Source: Bigelowiella natans CCMP2755
Lineage: Eukaryota; Protista; Cercozoa
Assembly (NCBI GenBank): GCA_000320545.1
Contig: ADNK01000981.1
Location: 93,960 to 157,959, forward strand
DNA: 64,000 nucleotides
Reading direction: 5' to 3'
Part shown: in pieces, positions 53,780 through 64,000 of the stretch
Numbering within the stretch: position 1 is the stretch's first letter
Layout: each line of letters opens with the position of its first letter
Notes under the pieces: generated by a model
Told to the model about the DNA's origin: nothing
Seen by the model: only the letters and a program-made list of their open reading frames with translations
The model's database searches: none
Translations under genes and position numbers: made by a program

Positions 53780-54420
53780 CATATATACATATGCGCTGGT
53801 AAATATCATGCATTCACTCTACACATCATCTTATTCTTATTCTTACGTGACTTCTCACAATCATCTTATTCTTATTCTTCTTATTCTTACGTGAATCCGC
53901 ACAGTCAGAATACCCATTGCAGGGGGCATTATGCTCAATTCCTAGTCGTGAGTGGGTGGTGGATGGTGATTACGTGATAATAGTAGAAGGTAGATAATAC
54001 ACAAGAAAGGGAAGAGGAGGAGGAGGAGGAGGAGGAGGAGGAGGAGGACAACATATTCATCAAGGATGCTGCTTTTTCTCCGACCCCTACTAACCCCTTC
54101 TTATTGTTTCATTTTCCCCCTTTGATCATGATCATCTTCTTATTCTTATTCTTCATTTTCTTCTTTTTCTTCACCTCTATTGCATTGTTCATCATATCGT
54201 TTAGAATCGGTGTCGCAGCCTCCTAATAGCATGACATTAGATCATCATCATCATCATCATCATCATCATTACAATGATTCTGGAAGAAACGAGGAGTAAT
54301 CAAGTACATGATAGCAATGATGATGATGGTAGCAATGATAATAAAAATGATAATATTGATAACTTTTCACACCACTACTACTAATAATAATGATAGCAAT
54401 AATAATTAGCTATTATCTTT

Positions 54421-54456
<36 letters not shown>

Positions 54457-55286
54457 GTTGTAAGATAGGACCTCCGAAAGTGCACCTACAAAGAATGGTG
54501 TCGGCTCCGTAAACCATCCGTGGAGAACAAGCTGCAAAAGCATATATCATCCATAGTAATGATGATGATGATGATGATACTGAGGATGATTTTATATTTA
54601 TTCCTACAATCACTACTATTACTGCGACGATAGAACGATGATAAATATAATGATAATGATGATGATAAACCAATACCCTTGCTTTTCTCGGATCTTGTGT
54701 GCCTGATAAAATAATAAGGCATTTGTATCATCGTAGAAAATGAAACCAAGAAGACTGAATGAAATAGTATCTTAACTGCATATACCAAATTTATATACAA
54801 CACCAAACGACATCATCAAGATGAATCTCTCTCATAAATTTTATCGTCATCGTGCATAATGTGTATTGCTTGTGTTGGAGTGATTCTTTTCTCTTCTTCT
54901 TCTCACCGGAGACTTGTCTCACACCATGTGGTAATCTAAATCGATGATGATAACCAACACAGATGATGATGATGATATAAAAATCTGACACACACCATGT
55001 GCTATTCTAATTGATGATGATAACTAGCACACAGATGATATAAAAAATGATGATGCATGCAATTAGTAGAACAAGGAGCGGTAGGCAGTAGTATGTTGTA
55101 GTGTCGAGGATGATGATGTTATCATGGCAGTAGTATGTTGTAGTGTCGAGGATGATGGATGATGTTATCATCATCTGTTATGGCTGGATAACAAATGAAT
55201 ATGATATCATCATCATTTTATAGTAGTAGTAGTAGTAGTAGTAGCAGCAGCAGCAGGGTTTGTATATCTATGTAGTAGCATTAATT

Positions 55287-55326
<40 letters not shown>

Positions 55327-55396
55327 TCGGATCAAAAACCGTCAATCGATTAAATTTCGGCTGCACCGTTTCCATGATATCCTGTTAAATTATAAT

Positions 55397-55428
<32 letters not shown>

Positions 55429-55817
55429 ATCATAATAATAACAAATAATGCCAATTAATAATGATAATGATGTTTTTTCTATTCCCATGACTGACAAATT
55501 GTTTGAATAGATAGTGATGATGATTAGCGTACAGGCAACATTATTAAGAAAATAAACGCAAGTTCCTTGAAACCACAACGGTGATACCTTCTACCCAGCT
55601 TAACGGTACATATTTTCCATAATTATAACAAATGATAATGATAATCATCATCTTCATCATCAGTATCATCATACAGAGTATTCCAAGCCTCGATTTGATT
55701 CTAAATCACGCCACATTTCTAGGATGTGAGGTCTGGATGTATATGTAAGAAATGAAGGAGGAGGAGGAGGAGGAGGAGGAGGAGGAGGAGATATGCAATG
55801 CATCTAAGTGAGCAGAA

Positions 55818-55849
<32 letters not shown>

Positions 55850-55857
55850 CCTCCCTC

Positions 55858-55897
<40 letters not shown>

Positions 55898-55898
55898 T

Positions 55899-55948
<50 letters not shown>

Positions 55949-56335
55949 AGAGGATATATAAATTAAATTAGTTCCAATAAAGTGTACTATACGTATAACA
56001 TCCATCAACCGCATGATTGTAGTTTCTCCTCCCTAATACGATGTATTATCATATCAACACAACACAAGCAAATACATAATTTACATATGTCGCTAATAAA
56101 ACAAATAATATTGCATGAAAACAAATAATATTGCATGAAAATTTTCTATACATTCCCCCCCTCTCCTGGATTTTTCTTCTTCCTTTTCAAAAATGGCAAA
56201 TACAGCTTATAATACTACTACCACTACTATACTGATAGTAATAATGATAACACTAACAATAACAATAATAACGTTAATGACCGAAAAAGTCCTATTCTCC
56301 CAATCTGTTAGGCTAAGAACAAAAGCCCATGGCCT

Positions 56336-56376
<41 letters not shown>

Positions 56377-58882
56377 AACAGCAGCACATAAATGCTTTAC
56401 TAGGAGGACGAGCAGCAAATCTACACTATAGTAGTGTTGTATACAGGCAAAGGGTTATTATGGTGGTAGTATCCTGATTGGAAGATAGTTTGGGAGGGAA
56501 GTGATCACTACCCGTGCGGAACATCGGCATGAAGATTCTGATAACATCTAGTGTGTAGAAGAAGGAAATGACAATAGAAAATAAGCATCTTTAGCATGAA
56601 GTAGTGCAAGTACTTACATAGTGCGTGCAGCAGCCGTAGTAGATTATTTTGACCATTGTCATCGTCATTACAATCTGATCTCATCATGATCATCTTATCA
56701 TTGGTTTTCTTCTTCTTCTTGTTGTTCTTCTTCTTCTTTTTCTTATTACAACTCACCCATCTACGTAGTAAGATAGCCACATCGGGGATATATTGCGGCA
56801 ACCTACAAAATCATCATCCACATTTAATAATGAAAATAATGAAAATAATGATAATAACAAAAATATTATGTGTTTATCAGGAGGGAACTATAATGACAAA
56901 ATCTCTTCTTCAGGGGGCAATGCAAACAAAGTCCAATTGTTACTATGATTTATAATAAGTGATCTTAATGTTGTTCGTCCCCAGACAACCTAGTTCTTCT
57001 TCAGCATACTTCAATAACTGACTCGATAGCGACTCTATCATTTCAGATGTGAAATATCTACAGGATATGTGCGCGACAACACAACAGTAATAACAAGATT
57101 ATCAGCATCAGAACTAATAAGATTAATGAGCATTCTCCCATTGCTTCTTAGTCAAAAAAAGAAAATAAGAATAAATGCATAATACATCTCCTTTTAGATG
57201 TTGTTGTCAGCATCCATCGTTGTACTACATGTAAATAACATGATCGTTTTTAAGATAGGAAATATTTGCTTCAAACTAATAATAATAATAATGATAATAA
57301 TAATAATAATAATAATACCCCAGAATAGTGACGACAAAATAAGCGTCATCACAATTCGTAGAAATAACATTTCGGATACTTCTACTTCTTCCTCTACTCT
57401 CACTACTATATTGTTGAATACTACTCGCTTGCTGGTGTACGGATCAATGTGTATTGCTCTGGTACATGCCAGTAATCCTATGATGATGACGACGATGACG
57501 ATGATGATGATGATGATGACGATGATGATGATTCAGTAGTAACATGATGCTTGTAAGGGGTGGTGGTAAGTGATGATGGTGGTGGCAATATTCCTCCACC
57601 GCAGTAAAACCATGTAACATATCATTATCATCATCATCATCACCACATTTTATACATATAGTTAATGTTTTGATTATATTATGACAAAATAAGTAGTATA
57701 TACCCAAACGAAACGTGCAGCATGCCCTTTCCTTGGATCCAAAAAGTTTTCGTTGTATTTTCTTCTAAATAAACCATATGTATACTATGAAACAAATATG
57801 AGGTTGATTATTTTCTTCATTTGATAATGTGAATCAGGAACATAACAGGGAAAGAAGAGAGGAGAGCACCACCATTAATTCATTCACACTATTATTCTCT
57901 CCTCCCCCTTGCCATGTGTCGTCTCACTATAATACCCAATATTATTATGTTGCCATCTGCTGCTTTTACTTCTATAAATAAATACTACGCAAAATGCTAA
58001 GGTAGATTACCGTAGATTTTTTGCAAGATCATCTTTGAGAAAATCGTCGGTAATGTGGATGTGCTTGCGCACAGAGATTACGTCTTCATACACTGATATA
58101 ACAATAATAATTACAATAACAGTAATAATAATAATAATGGGAAGAAAAAGAAGAATCAGAATTATGAAACTTCTCCATACACTAACAACAACAACAACAA
58201 CAATATTAATAATAATCATAATAATAATAAGAAGAAGAAGAAGAAGAATTTAAACAACCCAAACTATATTAGTAAATATTATGATCATATTACTAATTAT
58301 GATGCTTGTTGTAACATTACACTAACAAAACCCCGTAAATCTACTGAGTACCTGATCCCTCATCATCTTCATCACTCGTCATCTCTGTGGCAGGTATAAG
58401 TTCCGGACCCTTTTCAAAAAGGGGGGGGGGGCAGGGAAGTCTAGATCATAAAAAGTAGTAGTACGAATGGTAAATATGATGAGAGTCCCTAAGAAAGAAT
58501 CATGTACCACTTGATCTTTGAGCGCCTGAACAAATTGGAATCTTTGTGCTAATCCCCAAACTCGGTGGTTAACATCATTATGAATCATATCATTATGAAA
58601 TAATTTTGAGCTGTCGCTTCTCTTTTTGACACAAGATCTTGTGTTCAATTTGGGGGATATAGTGGCGCGTAGGGGCCTTGGAAAATAGCGCCGTGGCTTC
58701 TCGTTGATGGGTGCACTTCTTCTATGCATGAAGGCTGCTGCTGTAGGTTGCATATGATCAATTCTACCCACAAGCCCCCCTCGTCTTTCTAGTCTCTTCC
58801 CGGAAGTTGCAGAACAAATGCCGAAGACGAAAAAGTGGAAGAGTAGCGTGGTCCTTATCAGCATCAGCATCATCATCATCAT
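52758..58882 (-). CDS. 2-oxoglutarate/Fe(II) oxygenase (prolyl-4-hydroxylase-like fold), probably plastid-targeted (multi-exon)
   Basis: Signal peptide plus R/S-rich leader. Exons FLDPRKGHAARFVW, SPMWLSYYVDG, CYQNLHADVPHG (HxD), PWAFVLSLTDW, GGET, PKFNRLTVFDPR, LPHGVRQV (distal His) and R-LVLHGWF, ending ...ITVPFIFE*. Confidence 0.8.
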
Positions 58883-59298
58883 CAGAGGTATGGTGGTCCT
58901 TTTGAAGCAGGTGTGCTACTACTGCTCACAGTATTCTACCCTACCCCCTACCACTACTACTACTACTACTTTCTCCACAAGGGCCGAGAGAAAGATAGTA
59001 TTTAAGGGCGAAATAGGACGAAAATCGAAAAATAGTATTGTCTCACGCTAAAATTTGATGGACATTTATCGAGATCATTCGGAACTGAAGAAAAGGAGAG
59101 AATTTTCCTTAGACGAACATAAAATGTATTACATTTCTCCCAATAATTGACCATGAAGACAAGTTTTAAGCAAAAACGCAAAGCATTCATAAAAATCATG
59201 TCGACAAAACTATAGCGACTATCAAGATTTAAATTTTCTAGAGACGTCGACGACCACCCACATACACGCTATCCCTCTCACCACCCGAGGAAGGAACG
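58883..59298. promoter_or_regulatory. Putative bidirectional promoter (~0.4 kb) between two plastid-targeted oxidoreductase genes
   Basis: Divergent start codons at 58882(-) and 59299(+). Analogous divergent gaps at 2566-3520, 16962-17868, 24884-25462 and 50136-50721. Inferred from gene geometry only. Confidence 0.5.
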
Positions 59299-59967
59299 AT
59301 GGTGGAAACTACATCAGATGCGACCCGTACCTTGTATTGTCTTCTCCTCCACTTTCTCCTCCACATCGTTGTCGAAGGAGGACGAGCGGGCACTACAACC
59401 AAAGCATTTGCTTATACAGCTGGAGAAGGAGGAGCGAGAAGAGGAGGAGATCGTAGACTCGCTCACAGGGCAATCAAAGGAGGCAGAGCCTCTCCCCACC
59501 CACCGACACATCTATCCTCCTCCTTTTCTCGACGTTCACGAAGTTTATTATCATTAAGAAATTCACACCTAGAGTTATTCTCATCATTACCCGAGCAGAT
59601 TGGAAATGTAATAATTGTATAATTTAACCAAAATGACATCTATGAAATACCATGAACAAGTGAGATTGAGAGAGTTGATAGAATACATATATACGTATAT
59701 TGACTTGTTAGAGTGTAGTGATTACTTCAGTGCTGCAACACTGTATGTAGCAGCTCGATTCCTCATCCATTATGTATGTATGGTCATTCTAATTTTCGAT
59801 CATTTCCTTTTCAATGACATTTATCCTCACAGAAGGCAGCTATGTACACGAAATCACGAGCAGCCCCAAGTAATATGAAAAGTAGGGTTGCAGGACAATC
59901 GGCAGAGTTGTTATCCGATGATACTACTACTCCTACATCCTCCGATGGGAAGAAAACTGCCGTCGTG

Positions 59968-60000
<33 letters not shown>

Positions 60001-60084
60001 TGAGTGGTAGTAGTAGGTAGAAGAATATATTGACATGGAATACGTATTTACGTGTATGTTTTGATCATCAGCGCCTAATGGGTA

Positions 60085-60122
<38 letters not shown>

Positions 60123-60868
60123 GTTCCTTGTGGTCATAATTATCGTCGTTATTGTTGTTGATGTTGGTGTTGTTTCTCAATATTAGATAGGAGGAGGATG
60201 GGCAGGATTCGGTGCAATGAAAGCTCTCAGTAGCGCTGGATGGTAGTAGGAATTGTACATATTTGTATCATTCTACACAAGTAGTAGAAGTAGTATTAGT
60301 TTTCGTAGTAGTAGTATCACTATTTCGATCATCGTCGTTGTGCGTTGTGAGAAATTAGAGATTCTGCTGCTGCTGCTGTTGCTGCTTGTGGTATTAGTCA
60401 TGTTGGACATGATCTCCCTCCTCATACATACATACATACATACATACTACTGACATGCTGCTGCTGCTTCTGCTGAAGAACAAAAGCAGTATCACCATTA
60501 CCACCATACTCATTCATATTTCTATTATTATTGTTATTATTACAATTATTATTATTTGTCGCAGGAATGTACGTGTCTTCGATGCAACACCTGACCCTGC
60601 TGCCTTAAATGGAGGTCAGTTGTAATAACGCCTTTGATGATTATCACAGGAGATGATAAACTATTATTGGAAGTTGGTTTAATATGATGATGGAACTAAA
60701 GAATAACAGCAGTATGCATGCATGCCGTGTGAAAATATTCCCATTAATTATTATTGTTTTCGTCGCTATTATCTCCTCCTCCTCTATAAGAAGAGAATAA
60801 GCTGATGTGCTGCTGAATATGCTGATGATTCTTCTTGTACAACACATTCGATTGAGCAAATCCATCAC

Positions 60869-60904
<36 letters not shown>

Positions 60905-61441
60905 GTAGGATTGCGAAATGAAAACGGAAGGCCTATAGAAGCTGGTTTTAAGGTGATGATGATGATGATGGATTATGGTATACTACAATGTACATATCAA
61001 TATTTTATCTACTACAGGGATTTTGGTGGCAATATCCAAATATATACTCTCTACTAGATGAGCTGAATCTAAAGGTGAGTGGTAGGAATACCCATGTACT
61101 TATTATTGACTTCATTGTTGAATATTCCTTCTGCTGCTGCCGTTGATCATTGTTACCGCTAATATTATGAGGGACACAAATTTCCTACTCATCATTGTCA
61201 TCATCATCGTGATCACTGTCATCATCATCATACAGCAGCAGCAGCAATATTTTGGTATCCCTTCCTCATAACATTTGTTACATACATAGCAATCTGAAGT
61301 ATTAACGCCTTTTACACGCAGTGGCTTTTACACGCCAAAGGGTAGATACCAGTGGTATAGATACACACTATACAATATATATTATCAACATCATACAACA
61401 CATGCATATTAGGTAGTTTGAGAATAATAAAAAGTATTGAA

Positions 61442-61476
<35 letters not shown>

Positions 61477-61701
61477 CCCAGATCATTATATGTAGTAGTC
61501 ATCATATGTCATTCAGTCAGTCACCAATCGTGTGACTTACTACTTCTTACACGTCGTTCGTTGTCATCCATCACGATAAATAATAATGATGATGATGATT
61601 ATAAAAGGTTTGTTCACACAAGCTCCGATATTTAGCGATTTACCACGGTGGTTCTTAACTTTATATTATTACTACGTAATACGTCTGTCATGTACATATA
61701 A

Positions 61702-61741
<40 letters not shown>

Positions 61742-63317
61742 GTGTGTGCAGCGTACGTAATACTTGAGTAGATAATCAAGAGGATAATCAGGGAGGAGGA
61801 GGATGATGATCAGGATCATGATCATCATTATGGGTTCCCACCCCCATTTGCCCAAGCATTAAACACATTTGCTCTATTCAGGGATTTTTCCTTCTTTCCA
61901 AGGATTACAATCGTGGGATTTCTGCTCCAGGTTGTTGACTCTGGCTTTCTTTTTCTGTCTCTCTCTTTTTCCCCCTCTGTGTGTGTGTGTGGCGGGGGGG
62001 GGGGGGAGGGGGGGGGGATGTCTGTAATGGGTACTGAAGCTCTTGCTTTTTGTGATGTCGTTTCATTAGCTTAAAATCTTCTAAACATTATATAATTTAT
62101 AGATGATACGGTATAAGAGCAGTGAAGAAATGTATTTACGGTAGTACTACCAAGAAGAAGAAGAAGGAGCCAACATCACACTAACACACCACAAATGTAA
62201 GAAATTTAGAAGGCAAAGACACAACATCATAAAACAGAAGTAACATCGAATATATTATCAAGAATAAGAGTAGTAGTAGTAGGAGGAAAAGGAGGAGGAG
62301 AAGGAGGAGGCAATTAGCAGAGCACGATTACTACTGCTACTACTACTACTACTACCACCACTATTACTACGAGAATCACAATGCTCTCCCTTGTGCTAAT
62401 TATCATTATCATCATCATTATTATTATCATTCACATAGATACGACAAGATGACGGCTATGGAACTCTTCCAAGAGGTGGTGTTTGACCACTTTCTCTCTG
62501 AATATATCAAAATATCTTCATAGTCCTTACAACAGCTTTCAAGGCCATTTATGTGAATGATGATGGTGATGATGATGATGATGATGATGATTGTTAGTTA
62601 TTATGTCAGATGATACATGATAGATCATATAATAATAACAATGCACGCACACATCGTGATGTTTATTATTATCTACACCTATTAGAGTGGCGTGAGCACA
62701 GAGTTAATTGAGGGATTTCTCCGACCTATTCTTCTTGTTGGTAAGTAGTAGTAGTAGTAGTAGTAGTAGCAGCAGCAGTGGTTCAAAATAAGAATAAAAA
62801 ACGATAAGAAGAAGAATCTAGTAGAAGAGTATTAAGTGGTAGATAGATGGTGATAATAATGGTAATGATGATGATGCTGATGATGATGATAGATGGGAAC
62901 GAAGCATAAGCGATTATTAGCCCAGCAAATGTACATGATCACATCTTCCTTTTGCCTGGATTTGCGTTTATGATGATAGATTATCTATTTAGCTACTAGC
63001 CCCTCTTCTTCTTCTTCTTCTTCTTCTTCTTCTTCTTCTCCTGCATAACATGTTCGTATAACAACTACTAATACTACTACTGATAATAAAACTTCCATTG
63101 CACAGGTCTATTCAAACCACCAGAAGAATTAAGTGCTGCATTAGTGATGGTACAACTCTTGTTGTTGTTGTTGTTGCTGCTGCTGCTGTTGTTGTTTTTC
63201 ACCACATCCACCGATAGCTGCCGTAACAGAATTATAATAATTCTCTCGTAAATAGTAAATATTAAACTCTACAGTGTTGGTGATAAACACAGAAACGCGT
63301 AGCAGCAGCAGTCTATC

Positions 63318-63367
<50 letters not shown>

Positions 63368-63455
63368 TCACAAAACTACTGATATGATCAGGATATGCTT
63401 TACTACTATGCTATTGGACACCAGTATGACTTCGACGTTAAATGGGCTAGGTAGC

Positions 63456-63487
<32 letters not shown>

Positions 63488-63664
63488 CATGGAGTAGGGA
63501 GAGGAGGAGGAGATGTAGGAAGTGAGATAGATACGTAATATCAACATAGATAGTAAGAAAGTGAGAAAGGATGTATGTAATATCAGCAGAGATAGTAAGA
63601 AAGTGAAATAGAATGTATGTAATATCCCCAAAGATACTAACCCATCTCTGCTTTCTCTCTCTCT

Positions 63665-63703
<39 letters not shown>

Positions 63704-64000
63704 ATATTCTGCAGATCTCCTATAAGTGAAGCTATCATACGACCTATGGTACAAGATATTCAAAATAATGCTCAATTCGCTGGACTTCAGGTGCCGTGTG
63801 GGGGGAGGGGGGGGGGGGGGGGGGGGCCGGCTCTCCTGTATTTGCATATGTGTATTTCTCGGGAAAATAATGAATGTTTACCCCGAGCTTTTTATTAACG
63901 CGCCTTATGGTCCCCCGTGGGGGCGTTTTTAAAAAAAAAAATATGAAGAATATAACCGGTTTTTTGGGGGCGTGAAAAAAAATGGTTTTTTTTTTTCTCC
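59299..64000 (+). CDS. Flavin amine-oxidase / carotene-desaturase-superfamily oxidoreductase, probably plastid-targeted (partial, 3' end beyond window)
   Basis: Signal- and transit-like leader, then KTAVV|IGGGWAGFGAMKALSSAG (Rossmann), GRPIEAGFK|GFWWQYPNIYSLLDEL, LTPFTRSGFYTP, APIFSDLPR, FLRPILLV|GLFKPPEELSAA and SFDVKWAR. Confidence 0.75.
63536..63630. repeat. ~42-bp intronic tandem repeat
   Basis: gtaatatca.ca.agatagtaagaaagtga.a.ag.atgtat twice, plus a partial third copy. Confidence 0.75.

Noticed and set aside
52758-58882. 2OG-Fe(II) oxygenase as the TET/JBP enzyme behind the TA signature
   Set aside because: Its motifs are P4H-like and it has a signal/transit leader, so nuclear DNA modification is unlikely.
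59615-59878. ORF with a superficially COG1-like helix (YFSAATLYVAARFLIH)
   Set aside because: It falls within a probable intron of the oxidoreductase gene, whose flanking exons join sensibly without it.
4000-63400. Numerous short ORFs with poly-M/I/V/C/L runs in the ORF track
   Set aside because: They are translations of intronic microsatellites.
63795-64000. Long G/A/T/C homopolymers and a broken reading frame at the window end
   Set aside because: Looks like low-quality read or contig-end sequence rather than biology.

Overview
Eukaryotic, intron-rich and microsatellite-saturated nuclear DNA. Several genes have signal-peptide plus transit-peptide-like leaders, suggesting an alga with a complex plastid, possibly a chlorarachniophyte (inference only). 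About 12 protein-coding genes were reconstructed by hand: a WIP/verprolin-like proline-rich protein, an AIFM2/FSP1-like FAD oxidoreductase, a possible FANCB, a UBZ/PBZ zinc-finger protein, a Stf0/NodH-like sulfotransferase, an EH-like/TPR/DnaJ co-chaperone, an intronless SPX + EF-hand + ATP-Mg/Pi mitochondrial carrier, a GT23/FUT8-like fucosyltransferase, an intronless pseudokinase-LRR, SYS1, a 2OG-Fe(II) oxygenase and a partial flavin amine-oxidase/desaturase-like gene. Ten of the twelve form head-to-head pairs. Two observations stand out. (1) Intergenic DNA downstream of every gene 3' end, but not the divergent promoters or introns, has lost TpA dinucleotides except in CTAG while keeping CpG, which points to a localized, context-specific TA->TG/CA mutational or modification system. 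(2) An SPX inositol-pyrophosphate sensor domain is fused to a Ca2+-regulated mitochondrial ATP-Mg/Pi carrier. Exon boundaries and dinucleotide counts are manual and approximate, and all family calls come from motif recognition, not database searches.
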